From Alphaproteobacteria bacterium (GTDB taxonomy: Bacteria; Pseudomonadota; Alphaproteobacteria; UBA7985; JAUIBT01): a stretch of DNA of 64,000 nt. Position numbers and translations under genes: made by a program. The stretch lies in contig JAUIDR010000002.1 of the NCBI GenBank assembly GCA_030428565.1, positions 72,658 to 136,657 on the forward strand, given 5' to 3'. The notes beneath the pieces were generated by a model. That model saw only the letters and a list, made by a program, of their open reading frames with translations. It was not told the origin of the DNA and made no database searches. Below, in pieces: positions 50,885-61,966 of the stretch (its first letter is position 1; each line of letters begins with the position of its first letter).

Positions 50885-51878
50885 ATGCTCAACTGTCCCG
50901 CGAATTTAACCGACCTGAATTTTCCCGACCCGAATTTTCCCAACCAGGCCCTCGAATGGCCAGTGGCTAGGATGGCGAGGCCAGTGACTAGGACAGCGAG
51001 ACCCGTCATGGCCGCCATTACCGGATTGGCCGGCCTGCTGCTGGCCCTATTCCTCGCCCCGCTGCCTCAGGCCCAAGCCGAGGTGCCCAGCCGCACCCCC
51101 TTGCAAGTTGTCAATGTCGCTAGCGATGATGTGCTGAACCTGCGCGAGGCGCCAAATGCGCGCTCTGCCATTGTTGGCGAAATGCCGCCCGGTAGCCCTG
51201 CGGCTTTCACGGTCGGCCCCAGCCAGGGCGATTGGCTCTATGTGCGCCACGATCTGGCCGAGGGCTGGGCGCGCGCGCTACTTGATCGCCACCGGGGCGG
51301 GCGTGGGGCTAGAGGCGGATGGGTCCTTGCCTTTGTACGGCCTAGTAATCGGTATTCGAAGCGGGCAACATTTGGCCCTGCGTGAGGCACCCGGCGGGCA
51401 AGCCGCTGTGGTGGCGCACTTGAGAGCGGGATCAAAGGATGCACGCCTGACCGGGCGCACACAAAACGGCTGGCGGCAGGTCGAGATCGCGGGACGTTTG
51501 GCCTGGGCGCCTCAGCGCCACCTTATCCCTGCCACCGCTGAAGACGACCACGGCCAAGAGTGGCATTGCGGCGGCACAGAGCCCTTTTGGGGTCTACGCT
51601 TGATCGGCGATAAGCTGCGCTATACCAATTTGGACGGCAGCGAGATCAATTCTTTAGCAGGACTAACCGAGCTGCCGGGCCTCTTGGACGGCGAACCTGG
51701 TGCCATAAAACTGCTGTCCTCGACGGGTGGTCGCCTGTCCGCGCGTATCGAAGCCATGAGCCAGCGCGGCGGCCAAGCCTGCTCTGACGGTATGAGTGAC
51801 CGCAACTACCCCTACTACATCCGCGCGCTCATTGGTCGGCAGAATTTCGAGGGCTGCTGTACGCTCACCAACTTCTAA
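50885..51878 (+). pseudogene. Secreted tandem SH3b + COG3650-like protein, frameshifted at (GC)5 51269-51278
   Basis: D.LNLRE.P in the first frame; RYL, a second SH3, CGGTEPFW and CSDGMSD..Y in the second frame; start uncertain. Confidence 0.75.
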
Positions 51879-51918
51879 TCCCGAAGGCCTGGCACGCTAG
51901 CAAGCAAAGCGGCGCGCT

Positions 51919-52965
<1,047 letters not shown>

Positions 52966-53067
52966 TCAGGATATCCAGATCGCGTTTTTGCGAGCCGCAC
53001 TAGTTGGGCGCATTTATCAGCGCTTGTCAGCCGCGCAGGTGGTCGCGGCGCATCAGCTTGCGCCGAT

Positions 53068-54096
53068 CTAGGGCTCTCTGTTCGCGGTGCCGAACTTGGC
53101 CTCAACCAAAGGGGCTAGCCCCTTTAGGGCCACCGCCATGTCGTCTAGTTTGGGTGCTGGCCACAGCTCAAATCGGCCCGCCCAAGGCCGCAAGTGCCCG
53201 GCTTTACCCATAGCCTCGTGGAAAGCGGCAAATTTCGAGCGACGCTTAAAGCGGCGGGCTTTGGCCGGAAGTGGCAAGCTCATCACGGGTAGCCCCAAAC
53301 GCGCGGCCTCACTCATCATGTTCACCGAATCTTGGGTGACGCAGACAAGATCGCTCAACGCCAACAGCCCGGCGTAGGGATTCGGGGCGGCGTCGTCGCG
53401 AATCCAAACATCATCGCGTCCGGCGAAGCGCTGTCGTAAAGCAGCCATGAGCGCGGCTGGCGTCCGCGGCGAAGAACAGAGATAGACGCGCCCAGCCCCG
53501 GTGCTCAACAGACGTTCGACCGGGCCTGAGAGCGTGTCCAGATCGAGTTCGAAGTCCTTGTTGGGCCCGCCTATCATGACGCTAACATGCGGGCCTGGTC
53601 CGCGCATGATCGGGGCCATCAGCGCCCGGCCTTCGTCCAGCCGCGCTTGATCCACAACCGCCAGAGCGCCCAGAATTGGGATGACATTGCCTGCAACCAG
53701 TTGGTCGTGCTGCGGCGTGATGATGGCGTCAAAGCGGGCGCGGTGGGCGCGCGGGTCCAAGATCTGCACCGCAAGGGCTTGCCCGTCGCTGGCCGCCTTG
53801 ATTGCCAGGGCTGGGGCGGCCAACTTGGAGCCGGACGCGATCACCAAGTGCGGCCAGGGCGGCGCCAGCCTTGCGCGATCCTCAGGGCGAACGATCCCCA
53901 AGGCCAAAGGATGTAGAGCAGGCGCCAGCCAGCGCCAAGGCAGCCGCAAGCGCACCGCCTTGCTATCAATGGCAGCCCCGTAGCGCTGGGCCAGCGCTTC
54001 TGCCAGGGCCAAGCATTGGTTTTTCGAGCCCATCTTGTGATCGTACAGCACCCAAATTTGCAGCACAGCAACCCTTTCTTGCGGATGAATCGACAT
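53068..54096 (-). CDS. Mitochondrial fission ELM1-family protein
   Basis: P.HD, IGG, S.RTP, NPY..LL, T.DSVNM.SEA; start uncertain. Confidence 0.88.
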   Translation of the reverse strand: MSIHPQERVAVLQIWVLYDHKMGSKNQCLALAEALAQRYGAAIDSKAVRLRLPWRWLAPALHPLALGIVRPEDRARLAPPWPHLVIASGSKLAAPALAIKAASDGQALAVQILDPRAHRARFDAIITPQHDQLVAGNVIPILGALAVVDQARLDEGRALMAPIMRGPGPHVSVMIGGPNKDFELDLDTLSGPVERLLSTGAGRVYLCSSPRTPAALMAALRQRFAGRDDVWIRDDAAPNPYAGLLALSDLVCVTQDSVNMMSEAARLGLPVMSLPLPAKARRFKRRSKFAAFHEAMGKAGHLRPWAGRFELWPAPKLDDMAVALKGLAPLVEAKFGTANREP

Positions 54097-54242
54097 AAAA
54101 AGACGACATTTTGACCGATTGAGCAAACTTCTTGCCTATCGTGCGCTTTCGTGAAACATTCTTTCCCCAACCAAGACAAAGGGTCGCAAGACACCCTAAA
54201 AGCACCCAACAAAGAACACAGCCCCAAAAAGAGGAAACGCGC

Positions 54243-54755
54243 ATGAGCAGAGGGAAGCTGGACCCGACCGATCTCCAGATCCTATCCGATCTGCAAAATG
54301 ACGGACGTATGACCAACGTTGAGCTGGCAAAACGCGCTGGCATCTCGGCCCCGCCTTGTCTGCGCCGCGTCCGTGTCCTGGAAGAACAAGGCTACATCAA
54401 AGGCTACCACGCGGACCTTTCGCCCGAGCTATTGGGGTATAAAGTGACCGTCTTCGCCTACGTTGGCCTCAAATCACAAGCCGAGGCCGATTTGCGGGCG
54501 TTTGAGACCCTGACCGAGTCTTGGGACGAGGTGCGCGCCTGCTATATGCTGTCGGGTGAGATCGACTTTTTGCTGAAGATCGTTGCGCAAGACCTGGAAA
54601 GCTTCCAGACCTTCTTGACGTCAAAACTAACGCCTGCACCCAATGTCGGCCACGTAAAGACCTCGTTGACCGTGCGCACGTCATTCTACAAGCCCACCGT
54701 GCCCATGTCGCAGGTAATCGGCGAAAACGGCGGCCCTCTGAGCGATAAGGGCTGA
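54243..54755 (+). CDS. Lrp/AsnC-family transcriptional regulator
   Basis: LD..D..IL..LQ.DGR.TNVELA, CLRRVR.LE..G.I.GY, SGE.DF. Confidence 0.93.
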   Translation: MSRGKLDPTDLQILSDLQNDGRMTNVELAKRAGISAPPCLRRVRVLEEQGYIKGYHADLSPELLGYKVTVFAYVGLKSQAEADLRAFETLTESWDEVRACYMLSGEIDFLLKIVAQDLESFQTFLTSKLTPAPNVGHVKTSLTVRTSFYKPTVPMSQVIGENGGPLSDKG

Positions 54756-54824
54756 GCTGCAAGTCGCCACTAGGTTGCCCCTTAACAGGTCGCCTCTTAC
54801 ACTCAGTAAGCCACAGGAGCGCTC

Positions 54825-55958
54825 ATGGCCGCCCAAGCGCTATTTGACCTTCCTGCAACCATGACCGGCGTACAGCTGACCGGCTACGGCGGGTTCGAAG
54901 CCTTGGTCTACCGCCAGGACTTGCCCTTGCCGACAGTGGGCGAAGCAGATGTATTGATCCAGGTCGCAGCGGCCGGCATCAACAATACCGATATTAACGC
55001 GCGCACCGGCTGGTACGCCAAAACCGTGACCAGCGGCACCACCGCCAAGGGTGGCTCGCAGGGCTTTGCCGTAAGCCAAGGCGGTATGGGCGACTGGACC
55101 GGCGATCTAGTCTTTCCGCGCATTCAAGGCGCCGACTGTCTGGGGCGTGTGGTGGCCCTGGGCAGCGAGGCCGATCCCAGCTTACTGGGCGAAACCGTGC
55201 TCGTTCAGCCCTATTTCTATGATCCCAACGACCCGCAATGGCGCGACAAGGTTGGCTTCCTGGGCGCTGAATATGACGGCGCGTTTGCCCAGTTCACCGC
55301 CGCGCCTGCGCGCCAGGTCTGTCGCCTCCCCGCCAACGATCTGAGCCCCGAACAGCTCGCCACCCTGCCTTGCTCGGGCGGCACCGCGATGAACATGCTG
55401 TTGGCCGCCAGCATCGCTGCGGGTGATCGCGTGCTGGTGACGGGGGCCTCGGGCGGGGTTGGCAGTTTTCTGGTGCAAATCGCCAAACACAAGGGTGCCA
55501 GGGTCATCGCCCTGGCCGATCCCAGCAAGGCCCAGGCCCTTTTGTCCGGCGGCGCGGATGCGGTGATTGACCGCAAAGCCTCAGACTGGGCCGAACAAGC
55601 CCGCGCAGCCAACGAGGGCCAGTCTTTTAGCCTCGTGGCTGATGTGGTTGGTGGTCCCATCTTCGCCGATCTTTTGGGCCTTTTAGCGCGCGCGGGGCGT
55701 TACGTCACCGCCGGCGCGATTGCCGGGCCGCAGGTCAGCCTGGACCTTAGAACGCTCTACCTTAAGAGCCTCAGCTTTTACGGCTCGGCGGCCTATGAGC
55801 CCGCGACCTTCCCTGCGCTACTCGAGGTGCTGGGCCAAGGCGGCCTCAAGCCCGCCGTGGCCGGCGTCTACCCTTTGGCGGAGATCCAAGCTGCGCAAGA
55901 GGCCTTCTTGCAAAAGAACCACATTGGCAGCTTCGTCCTGATCCCGCCACCGCTCTGA
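54825..55958 (+). CDS. MDR-family alcohol dehydrogenase / quinone oxidoreductase
   Basis: GINNTD, PRIQGAD, GASGGVG. Confidence 0.88.
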   Translation: MAAQALFDLPATMTGVQLTGYGGFEALVYRQDLPLPTVGEADVLIQVAAAGINNTDINARTGWYAKTVTSGTTAKGGSQGFAVSQGGMGDWTGDLVFPRIQGADCLGRVVALGSEADPSLLGETVLVQPYFYDPNDPQWRDKVGFLGAEYDGAFAQFTAAPARQVCRLPANDLSPEQLATLPCSGGTAMNMLLAASIAAGDRVLVTGASGGVGSFLVQIAKHKGARVIALADPSKAQALLSGGADAVIDRKASDWAEQARAANEGQSFSLVADVVGGPIFADLLGLLARAGRYVTAGAIAGPQVSLDLRTLYLKSLSFYGSAAYEPATFPALLEVLGQGGLKPAVAGVYPLAEIQAAQEAFLQKNHIGSFVLIPPPL

Positions 55959-56049
55959 CCACCGCTCTGACCGCCTTTGCGCGCCTATCGCTTGCCAAGC
56001 CCGCGCGCCCCACTTATACCCGCAGTCCACACTTGATTTGGAGAACGCC

Positions 56050-57172
56050 ATGCGCGCGGAAATGCAAGCAGCGGTCGAGGACATCGATAAGTCCTTGGGC
56101 CTGCTGAGGAGGCATCTTTGACTGGGACAATGCTGTCCTACGCCTTGAAGAACTAGACGCTCTAAGCGAAGATCCAGAGCTTTGGTCGAACCCCGACCAA
56201 GCGCGCGTGCTCCTGCAAGAGCGCCAGAAGCTGGATACCGCCATCACCGCGACCCGCAAGATCGAGCAAGACAAGCAAGACTTCGTCGATTTGATCGAAA
56301 TGGCAGAGATGGAGGACGATAAGGAGTCCTTGCAAGAAGCCGAAGACGGCCTGCTTTCGCTCAAGGCGGAGGCCGCCAAGCGCCAACTTGAATCGCTCTT
56401 GTCCGGTGAAGCCGACAGCAACGATTGTTTCTTGGAAGTCAACGCGGGCGCAGGCGGCACCGAGGCGCAAGACTGGTGCCAAATTCTGGCGCGCATGTAT
56501 TTGCGATGGGCCGACAAGCGCGGCTTCAAGACCGAGCTGATGGAAGAGAGCCCTGGTGAAGAAGCGGGCCTCAAATCCATCTCTATCAAGATCAAGGGCG
56601 AAAACGCTTATGGCTGGGCCAAGACTGAGACCGGCGTGCATCGCCTGGTGCGCATCTCGCCCTTCGATAGCCAAGCGCGGCGCCACACCTCTTTTGCCTC
56701 GGTCTGGGTCTACCCGGTCATCGACGACAATATCGAGGTGGAAATCGTTGATAGCGACCTGCGCATTGATACTTACCGCGCCTCGGGTGCTGGTGGGCAA
56801 CACGTCAACACCACCGACTCGGCGGTGCGCATTACGCACCAACCGACCGGGATCGTGGTGCAGTGTCAGTCGGACCGCTCGCAACACAAGAACAAGGCGA
56901 CGGCCATGTCCATGCTGCGCGCACGGCTCTATGAAATGGAGCTGAAAAAGCGCGAAGATGCCGCCAACGATACCGAAGCGCAAAAAACGGAAATCGGCTG
57001 GGGACACCAGATCCGATCCTATGTTTTGCAGCCTTATCAAATGGTTAAAGATCTGCGCACTCAACACGAGACATCGAATTCTGGGGCGGTTCTCGATGGG
57101 GACATCGACGCCTTCTTGGAAGCGGCTCTCGCCCTTAAGCTCAAACCCGTCGGTGACAGCGCCGAGGACTAG
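56050..57172 (+). CDS. prfB: Peptide chain release factor 2 (programmed +1 frameshift)
   Basis: SPF and GGQ motifs; AGGAGG (56107-56112) followed by CTT TGA C at 56116-56122. Confidence 0.97.
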
Positions 57173-57253
57173 AGACAGAGCACCCTAGCCAGCATCTCCC
57201 AGAGCTGCTAATGTCGCGACGTTCCGACGCAGGTTTTGAGGGGAGACAGAACA

Positions 57254-58414
57254 ATGGCGAGCGCAATGACTTTACTTTTGGGCACAACCAAAGGCGCTTT
57301 CTTGGTGCGCGATGACGGCCAGCGCGCGGGCTGGCAGGTCAGCGGCCCTTTTTGTGATGGCGCCCCCATCAATCACTTGGTCGGCGACCCTAAAAGCGGG
57401 CGTATCTGGGCCGGCGGTGGCGGCGATTTCCACGGGGCTGGCGTCTGGCGCTCGGACGACCTTGGCCAAAGCTGGCAACTCACGCGCCTCACCAAAGGCA
57501 TGATGGACGATTGGGCGGCCAACGACGCGGATTTCGCCAAGATGGTCGGTTGGAGCCCTGAGGCCCTGCCCTTCGGCGAGGACTTTAAGCAGGTCTGGTC
57601 GCTGCATTACGCCCACGGCAAGCTGTATGCGGGCACTAAGCCCGCCCAACTGCTGGTCAGCGAGGACCAGGGCGAGACCTGGCAAAGGGTTGATGGTCTG
57701 ACCAACCATCCCTCGGCCGAAAACTGGAACCCAGGCGCGGCGGGCTTGGTCCTGCACACTCTGGTAAGCGATCCCAACAACCCCGACAAGCTGTGGGCCG
57801 GCATCTCTGCCGCCGGGGTCTTCGCGACCGAGGACGGCGGCCAGAACTGGCAACGACGCAACCGCTTGTCGAATGCTGAGGCCTGCGAACACAGCAATCA
57901 TCCGGCTGCCCCACGCGACGGCGAGACCGGCCACTGCGTCCACAATATGATGCGCGCACCAGGCGATGGCGATTTGCTCTATCAGCAGAACCATCACGGG
58001 GTTTGGCGCTCGCCGGACGGCGGCCGTTCTTGGGATAATATCACCGAGGGCCTGCCTTCGACCTTTGGCTTTCCTATCCGCGTGCACCCCCGCGACCCCC
58101 AGACCATTTGGACACTGCCGCTCAACGGAGACATGGCGGGCCGCTTTCCGCCGGATGCGGCGGCGGCGGTCTGGCGTTCGCGCGACGGCGGGCAGAGCTG
58201 GCAAGATATGCGCGATGGCCTGCCGCAAGAAGCCTGCTATTTCACTGTGCTGCGCCAAGCTATGACGGGCGATAACCAAGACCCCGCGGGCCTTTATTTC
58301 GGCACCAACTCGGGCTCGGTTTATGCCAGCACCGACGAGGGCGATACCTGGCAAGAGATCGCCCGCCACCTGCCGACCATTCTGGCGGTCGAGCTGCTGG
58401 AGACCGCAGTCTAG
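57254..58414 (+). CDS. BNR/Asp-box beta-propeller protein
   Basis: LLGTTKG, repeated S.D.G..W, QQNH.GVW, S.FGFP. Confidence 0.88.
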   Translation: MASAMTLLLGTTKGAFLVRDDGQRAGWQVSGPFCDGAPINHLVGDPKSGRIWAGGGGDFHGAGVWRSDDLGQSWQLTRLTKGMMDDWAANDADFAKMVGWSPEALPFGEDFKQVWSLHYAHGKLYAGTKPAQLLVSEDQGETWQRVDGLTNHPSAENWNPGAAGLVLHTLVSDPNNPDKLWAGISAAGVFATEDGGQNWQRRNRLSNAEACEHSNHPAAPRDGETGHCVHNMMRAPGDGDLLYQQNHHGVWRSPDGGRSWDNITEGLPSTFGFPIRVHPRDPQTIWTLPLNGDMAGRFPPDAAAAVWRSRDGGQSWQDMRDGLPQEACYFTVLRQAMTGDNQDPAGLYFGTNSGSVYASTDEGDTWQEIARHLPTILAVELLETAV

Positions 58415-58542
58415 CCCCGACTGCCCAGGCTTGCTGATGAGCACAACGGTCCGGCGCTGAGATCCGAACAAATGCGCATGGACCCGAAACGCTGGTCTGG
58501 CTAGCATGGCAGCTTGACCCTGCCAGCCATAGAGCCGCAACC

Positions 58543-59781
58543 ATGCCGTCCAGCCCACAACCGCCCCTTGACTTTGATCCGCTAGGCCCCGCCTTCGCAG
58601 CGGACCCGCACGCCAGCTATCGGCGCTTGCGCGACCTCGGGCGGCCCTACTACTACGCGCCCGAAGATACTTGGATGCTGACCCGCTATGCTGATGTGCG
58701 CGCCCTGGCACTGGACGAGACCATGTTGCGCAGCGTCGATGGCCTGGTCAGCCCCGAAGAGCAGCGCGCGCTTCAGGTCAAGGCGGGCATGCACGACATG
58801 CCCTATCACGAGCGCTATGTGCAGCAGAATATGCTGGATATCGAGGGCCAGAAGCATGATCGCCAGCGCAAACTGGTGTTTCGCGACTTCACACCGGCGC
58901 TGGTCGAACGCCAACGACCCTACATCCAAGCCCTGGTGGATCGCTTGCTAGGCCCCTTGATCGAGACCGGGCACTTTGATTTTGTTGGTGATTTCGCGGC
59001 ACACGTGCCAGGCCACGTTATCGGCCATATCCTGGGCGTGCCGGAAGCCGACTCACCCCAGCTGCGCCGTTGGTCAGAGCATGTTGTGCGCTACTACAAC
59101 GTTGGGCGGACGATCGAGCAAAAGCAGCAAGCCGAGACCGCAGTTCGCGAATTCCACGCCTATCTGAGCGGCATGATCGCTGAGCGTCACAAGCGCCCCA
59201 CCGACGACTTGATGAGCCGCCTGGTGACGCACGAGAAGGCTGGGCGCACCGATGCGGACGAGACCATTTCGCTCGCCATGCTGATTTTGATGGCCGGGCA
59301 CGGCTCGACCATTGATGTACTCGGATCTGGCTTGCACAGCTTGTTGCGCTTTCCCGATCAGCATGAGCGCCTGCGTGCCGACCCCGGCCTGATGCGCAGC
59401 GCCGTACACGAGATGTTTCGCTTTGAATCGCCCCTGCCCTACTTCCACCGTTTCTCGACCCGCGAGGCGCTGGTCGCCGGGCAGCGATTCCCCCGCGGCA
59501 CGCGCTTCGGGCTGCTGTATGGGGCGGCCAACCGCGACCCGGAGCAATTCGAAAACGCCGATCACTTCGATGTGGGCCGCCAACCCGTGCGCCACATTGC
59601 CTTTGGCGGCGGCGCCCATTTTTGCCTGGGCAACCACTTGGCGCGCTTGGATATGGAGATCATCTTTACCGCGCTCAATCAGCGCCTTCGCTCAATCCAG
59701 TTGCGTGAAGAACCGACCTACAAGCGCGGCCTGTCAGTACGAGGCCCACAAGCGCTGCAGATTGAGGTTTTCCCTGCCTAA
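58543..59781 (+). CDS. Cytochrome P450
   Basis: EMFR (ExxR), ANRDP, FGGGAHFCLG heme motif. Confidence 0.95.
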   Translation: MPSSPQPPLDFDPLGPAFAADPHASYRRLRDLGRPYYYAPEDTWMLTRYADVRALALDETMLRSVDGLVSPEEQRALQVKAGMHDMPYHERYVQQNMLDIEGQKHDRQRKLVFRDFTPALVERQRPYIQALVDRLLGPLIETGHFDFVGDFAAHVPGHVIGHILGVPEADSPQLRRWSEHVVRYYNVGRTIEQKQQAETAVREFHAYLSGMIAERHKRPTDDLMSRLVTHEKAGRTDADETISLAMLILMAGHGSTIDVLGSGLHSLLRFPDQHERLRADPGLMRSAVHEMFRFESPLPYFHRFSTREALVAGQRFPRGTRFGLLYGAANRDPEQFENADHFDVGRQPVRHIAFGGGAHFCLGNHLARLDMEIIFTALNQRLRSIQLREEPTYKRGLSVRGPQALQIEVFPA

Positions 59782-59911
59782 TTTGGCATGACGTAAGTAA
59801 CCGCAAGGGCTTTGTGGCAGCTCAATGCGGGACGGCTAATTGCTTGAAACACTTATGTTTTCCAAGATGCGGCTGCAGGGCGCGTCTGGACCGCGACGCA
59901 AGGAGAACCCT

Positions 59912-60904
59912 ATGACAGCCGAGACCAATCAGCCAAATGGCGAGGCCGCAAGCAAGAGCGATGCCCAGCCCAGCGCCGCGACCTTCGATCCTTCGCAAGC
60001 GCCTGCAGCTGACCAAGAAGCCGCCCCCGCCAAGGCCCGCTCGCTCCCGCCGAGTCTGGCCGAGATCAGAGACGCCTTCGAGAGCGGGGCTTTTCCTTAC
60101 GACAACCGCCTTAGTCGCCGCAGCTACGAGCGGCAAAAAGCGGCGCTGCAGGTCGAGCTTTTGAAGGTGCAAAAGTGGGTCGCAGAGACCGGACAGAAAA
60201 TCGTGGTGCTGTTTGAAGGCCGCGATGCAGCGGGCAAAGGCGGCACCATCAAGCGCTTCATGGAGCACCTCAACCCGCGCGAAGCCCGCGTGGTCGCGCT
60301 CACCAAGCCCAGCAACGCGGAACGCGGACAGTGGTTTTTCCAACGCTATATCAATCACTTACCGACATCAGGCGAAATGGTCTTCTATGACCGCAGTTGG
60401 TACAACCGCGCCGGCGTGGAACGGGTCATGGGCTTTTGCGAGCCTAACGACTATCTGGAATTCATGCGCCAGACCCCCGAATTGGAACGCATGTTAACGC
60501 GTTCGGGCATTATGCTGTTCAAGTACTGGTTTTCGGTCACACGCGAAGAACAGCTCCGCCGTTTTGCCAGCCGCCAGAGCGATCCTTTGAAGCAATGGAA
60601 ACTCTCCCCCATCGACCGCGCCAGCCTGGACAAATGGAGCGACTATACCGAAGCCAAGGAGGCCATGTTCTTTTATACCGACACCGCTGATGCGCCTTGG
60701 ACCATCATCAAGTCCGACGACAAGAAGCGCGCGCGTATCAATTGCATGCGCCACTTCCTCAGTCGCCTTGATTATCCCGGTAAGAACCCCAAAGTCGCCA
60801 AGGCTCCTGATCCGCTGATCGTGGGCTCGGCGAACCATGTCATTCACCGCTCCGAGCATATTTTGGGCACTTCGCTGCACCCAGAAACGCGCCACGCGGA
60901 CTAG
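59912..60904 (+). CDS. ppk2: Polyphosphate kinase 2
   Basis: FEGRDAAGKGG, DRSWYNRAGVE, WKLSP.D. Confidence 0.96.
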   Translation: MTAETNQPNGEAASKSDAQPSAATFDPSQAPAADQEAAPAKARSLPPSLAEIRDAFESGAFPYDNRLSRRSYERQKAALQVELLKVQKWVAETGQKIVVLFEGRDAAGKGGTIKRFMEHLNPREARVVALTKPSNAERGQWFFQRYINHLPTSGEMVFYDRSWYNRAGVERVMGFCEPNDYLEFMRQTPELERMLTRSGIMLFKYWFSVTREEQLRRFASRQSDPLKQWKLSPIDRASLDKWSDYTEAKEAMFFYTDTADAPWTIIKSDDKKRARINCMRHFLSRLDYPGKNPKVAKAPDPLIVGSANHVIHRSEHILGTSLHPETRHAD

Positions 60905-60944
60905 TGCTGCTGGCCTTGGCAACTCCAACCCCTGTAAACAAAGC

Positions 60945-60970
60945 TTGACAATACAGAACATTTAAAGAAC
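60945..60970 (+). promoter_or_regulatory. Sigma70 -35 element with alphaproteobacterial LexA box
   Basis: TTGACA (60945-60950) then GAAC-ATTTAAA-GAAC (60956-60970). Confidence 0.7.
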
Positions 60971-61239
60971 GTCAACGTATCAGCACCTCCTCGTGGGATG
61001 CGCAGGACTAGATAGGAGATGTTGAGGACAAAACTACTCTCTTCCACATCTATCGAGATCGACACGTTAGAGACCTTGCCAAGCTAACCAAGTGGTTAGG
61101 CGAAAAATTTGAGGCGACTAATAAGGCGGGTGCTGCAGCGCAAACTTCTCGCAGAGCTCTGTCGTCTCGCCAGACCCAGGATATCGCGGAGATTGGCTCG
61201 ATTGCGGATATCACGGCGTACGATCAATACATGAAACGC

Positions 61240-61844
61240 AAGGGGCGACCGAAGGGAACAGGCAAGCTGGCTCCCTATGACGGTCCGCTGGTCGAGTGGC
61301 TGACCCAAGATGCTGACCTGACCTTGAGCCAACTCAAGGCTGCCTTGCTTGAGGCCACTGGCGTCAGCGCGGCTGGGCTCTCAAAGGTGAGCGCCTAGAG
61401 ATGGATGCTCCCTTTGGCCATTGGAAGACCCAGACCTTTATCGCTGGACTGACCCAAGACGCCCTCATTGCACCTTGGGTGATCGAAGGCAGCATGGATG
61501 GTCAGGCCTTCCAGGCCTATATCAGCCAGGTTCTGGTGCCTCAGCTTGAGCCTGGCACCGTCGTGATCTTGGATAACTTGGCCACCCACAAGAACCAGCA
61601 AGCTGGCGAGGCTTTGAAGAAAGCGGGGGGCTGGTTCTTGTTCCTGCCGCCTTACAGCCCGTACCTCAACCCCATCGAGATGGCCTTTGCCAAGCTCAAG
61701 GCGCACTTGCGTCGGATTGGAGCGCGGACCTTCGACCAGCTCTATGAGGCCCTGGCCGACATCTGCGCCATGTTCGAGCCACAGGAATGCTCAAACTACT
61801 TCAAAGCCGCCGGATATGCGTCAAATTAAAAATGAAGCGCTCTA
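61240..61844 (+). mobile_element. IS630-family remnant (left end missing, internal deletion)
   Basis: OrfA-like GRP.G.GKL..DLTL piece joined to the DDE half (GHWKTQTF, DNL..HK, LPPYSP.LNPIE); right end ..GCGCTC followed by TA. Confidence 0.85.
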
Positions 61845-61966
61845 GAACGCGCCAACACGCGCTGTACCGACACCTTATCGCGCCGCTGGTTCACCCGGCA
61901 GGCCCCGGCCAAAACCGCTATTTGCCTGCCTTGAGACCCCAACATGCAATCGGACCGACCAACAAT

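Noticed and set aside
57272..58711. 479-aa antisense ORF (and similar long shadow ORFs such as 27763-28875 and 56162-57067)
   Set aside because: They lie opposite well-supported genes, lack motifs, and are expected from GC-rich codon bias.
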